Positions 61,929 through 64,000 of a stretch of DNA of 64,000 nt are shown here, piece after piece. The notes beneath the pieces are model-generated. The model was not told the DNA's origin. It saw nothing but the letters and a program-made list of their open reading frames with translations, and did not search any database. Origin of the DNA: a virus (Duplodnaviria; Caudoviricetes); the IMG/VR virus record IMGVR_UViG_3300037851_000141, positions 224,001 to 288,000 of that record; one strand, 5' to 3'. Position numbers and translations under genes: made by a program. Numbering within the stretch: the first letter of the stretch is position 1; every line of letters starts with the position of its first letter.

Positions 61929-64000
61929 TTACATCCTGTTAATATAGTTTATGATATGGTTATTATGTTGAGTCTGTTTATCTGATGGGTAAGTAAAGTA
62001 ATCCATATCAGCCTCAAAAATAAAATGATACCTGGATTTCGCACTACTCCAAAGTTTATTAATAGTTTGGAGTTTCTGACTTACACAATTAGCTGGGGGT
62101 TGAATCTTATCTTTAGTGATTAGAGCCGCGATCCTATAGAATTCGTTATAATCAATATGCTTGACATTCGTATTATCACGTAAATCAAGAAGTTCCATAA
62201 GCTTATACATATCGGTATTTTGGTCAATCTTATCTTTACAGTCTTTCCTTGACCAGATATTGTTGCGGAATTCGATTACTGCGGTTTTCCAAGCAATCTG
62301 TTCACTCTTATTTACAAAGTCAGAATCTTCATAGTCAATCTTATACAACTTATCTACTTCTACAGAGAGCCGGTCGATAAAAGCGTCAAGTTTCTCAAAT
62401 GACTTGACTTTATTGAGAAAGCTGGTTGGAACACCGATAAACTTAGGCGTCTTGAATGATGGATTTTGTGATTGAACATGTTTGACCATGTTATATATAT
62501 TTGCCATTTGCTGATCAGAGATATTACGAGCATTCTTTCGGAGCATTTCAACAATTACAACATCTTCTTTATTGAATGTTGAGAAGTCAAAGTTTCCACC
62601 AAGCCAATAGATTCGCATGAATTCATAACCATCGACTTTAGCTTGACGTTCGTATTCTCTCTTTACTTTAGGAACATCAAGTTTACAAAGATCCACAGCA
62701 TCCAAGACAGGCAGCATATCAATTACAGGAGAGTTACATTTTTTCTCAGCGAGTTCCTTAAGTGTATATGACAGGACTTGGATTGAATCAAGGTGCGGAT
62801 TTTGTTGGAGCAGATAGTCAACTTTTCTCTTAGGAATGGAATCGCCGTCAGAGCAATAAGCCAACAACGTCTTTTCATGAACATGTATATCACCGGATCG
62901 CTTATACTTAGAACTATTATATTTAGGATAAACCCGAATAAAATCACCATAATTTGTGTTAATCTCTCGACCATTTACTTGATATGCGGTATTGGTATTT
63001 TTATCAGTCCACACAACATGAGATATAACTTTAGCAAACTCAGTCAGATTACAGACTTTTCGCCAGTGAACATTTGCCTTCCACAGAGATTCACATTCAG
63101 CTACTACATCTGATACGTCCTTTTTTACAATATCACAAATCTCAAACAGCCTATCAAGTATGGCTTTTTGAGTCTTTTCATCATATTGGAGATTTTCACG
63201 ACTAAGAGCAACTGACAACTCACCAATGCCAAACTCCATAATGATATTAGCAGCAAACATATTACGAAGATTGGCTGGGAAGTTATTTAGCGAGTTGAGA
63301 TTCACAATATAAGGAATCTGACCAACAAGAGCCACAACCTTATTTTGGTCATATATTACTGACTTCTTGAGGATTTGCCAATTAGTTCCCTCAAAGATAA
63401 CATCATTTGTGGCATAGTCGATTGCGGAATTCTTGAGGTCAGGTCGAACATTCCAATATTGAGAGACTTCCACAGTATATTGATTGAAGTAATGGATATC
63501 TTCAATTTTAACAGGAACCGTGATAGTTGTGCCAGTTGATTCATTAGCTTCGCAAACCCTACGAGAACCATCAAACTCCATCAACTTATTACGACGATCT
63601 TCACCAATAATAGCAATATAGGTACGTTCAACAATCTCATTACCTTCTTGAGCCTTGGTAATGATGGTAAATGAATCAGTATATGCCCAGGGACTCTTGC
63701 TACCAATTCCAAATCCGCCAATCAGTTGCGAACCATCATCCGTGGCATGTTGACCTACTCCACGCTTAGTTGAAACTCCAAACTGAATAAAAACTTCCTT
63801 CATACGAGTAGGACTAATACCTGGACCATAATCCGTGACAGACCAATTAAGATTGAAGCGAGTAGGAATATTTACAACGATTGGCGTATTCTCTTTGCCA
63901 ACTTCTTTATGAGCATCCTTGGCATTGGACATCAACTCTTGAACCAGTACACGCTTAGGATTGCTATAAACGCTCTTACGCAGATATTCAAGAATGAGTC
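61929..64000 (-). CDS. rIIA: rIIA-like protein (GHKL/HSP90-like ATPase N-domain); 5' end beyond the right edge
   Basis: Frame is open to the window end (LILEYLRKSVYSNPKRVLVQELMSNAKDAH); then DYGPGIS, STKR, IGGFGIGSKSPWAYTDSFTI, TGTTITVPV. Confidence 0.9.
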   Translation of the reverse strand, partial: LILEYLRKSVYSNPKRVLVQELMSNAKDAHKEVGKENTPIVVNIPTRFNLNWSVTDYGPGISPTRMKEVFIQFGVSTKRGVGQHATDDGSQLIGGFGIGSKSPWAYTDSFTIITKAQEGNEIVERTYIAIIGEDRRNKLMEFDGSRRVCEANESTGTTITVPVKIEDIHYFNQYTVEVSQYWNVRPDLKNSAIDYATNDVIFEGTNWQILKKSVIYDQNKVVALVGQIPYIVNLNSLNNFPANLRNMFAANIIMEFGIGELSVALSRENLQYDEKTQKAILDRLFEICDIVKKDVSDVVAECESLWKANVHWRKVCNLTEFAKVISHVVWTDKNTNTAYQVNGREINTNYGDFIRVYPKYNSSKYKRSGDIHVHEKTLLAYCSDGDSIPKRKVDYLLQQNPHLDSIQVLSYTLKELAEKKCNSPVIDMLPVLDAVDLCKLDVPKVKREYERQAKVDGYEFMRIYWLGGNFDFSTFNKEDVVIVEMLRKNARNISDQQMANIYNMVKHVQSQNPSFKTPKFIGVPTSFLNKVKSFEKLDAFIDRLSVEVDKLYKIDYEDSDFVNKSEQIAWKTAVIEFRNNIWSRKDCKDKIDQNTDMYKLMELLDLRDNTNVKHIDYNEFYRIAALITKDKIQPPANCVSQKLQTINKLWSSAKSRYHFIFEADMDYFTYPSDKQTQHNNHIINYINRM

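Noticed and set aside
1-64000. Stop-codon reassignment (TAG or TGA), as in some large phages
   Set aside because: Conserved genes are full length under code 11 and end at TAG (nadE), TGA (pncB) and TAA at the expected C-termini.
1-64000. Bacterial chromosome or eukaryotic giant-virus origin (suggested by mnmA, tilS, nadE, kinase or PARP)
   Set aside because: rIIA/rIIB, TATAAATA late boxes, Shine-Dalgarno sites, sigma70-like promoters and dense small ORFans fit a large bacteriophage better.
1-64000. Diversity-generating retroelement or retron
   Set aside because: No reverse transcriptase motifs and no template/variable repeat pair differing at adenines were seen.

Overview
AT-rich, densely packed accessory region of a large lytic dsDNA bacteriophage. 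Support: rIIA/rIIB, T4-type TATAAATA late-promoter boxes, dozens of short hypothetical ORFs behind sigma70-like early promoters, and phage tRNAs. No capsid, terminase or replicase gene is visible and the host cannot be assigned. Recognisable content: (1) an NAD+/ADP-ribose toolkit with a WGR+helical-domain PARP running off the left edge, two ART-like proteins, NADAR, a macrodomain, and a pncB-(hyp)-nadE-NUDIX-pncA operon; (2) a tRNA/translation toolkit with tRNA-Leu(CAA), tRNA-CAU beside tilS, an interrupted tRNA-Arg(UCU), mnmA, PTH2, an Rnl2-type RNA ligase, a HAD phosphatase and a nucleotidyltransferase; (3) a sensor-less histidine kinase plus single-domain response regulator in a late operon near an ECF sigma factor; (4) an IS607 element (tnpA+tnpB), uvsE and a DNA methyltransferase. 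The most striking unexplained structure is at 51593-51716: a tRNA-Arg(UCU) whose anticodon loop is interrupted, exactly between positions 36 and 37, by a 48-nt mini-tRNA (acceptor stem + T-arm + UCCA). Also notable are two unannotated structured RNAs (41445-41544, 54315-54546), an array of about 80-aa genes sharing a C-terminal motif, and shared N-terminal leaders on late-promoter genes. All calls come from manual motif reading and base-pairing; no database searches were run.
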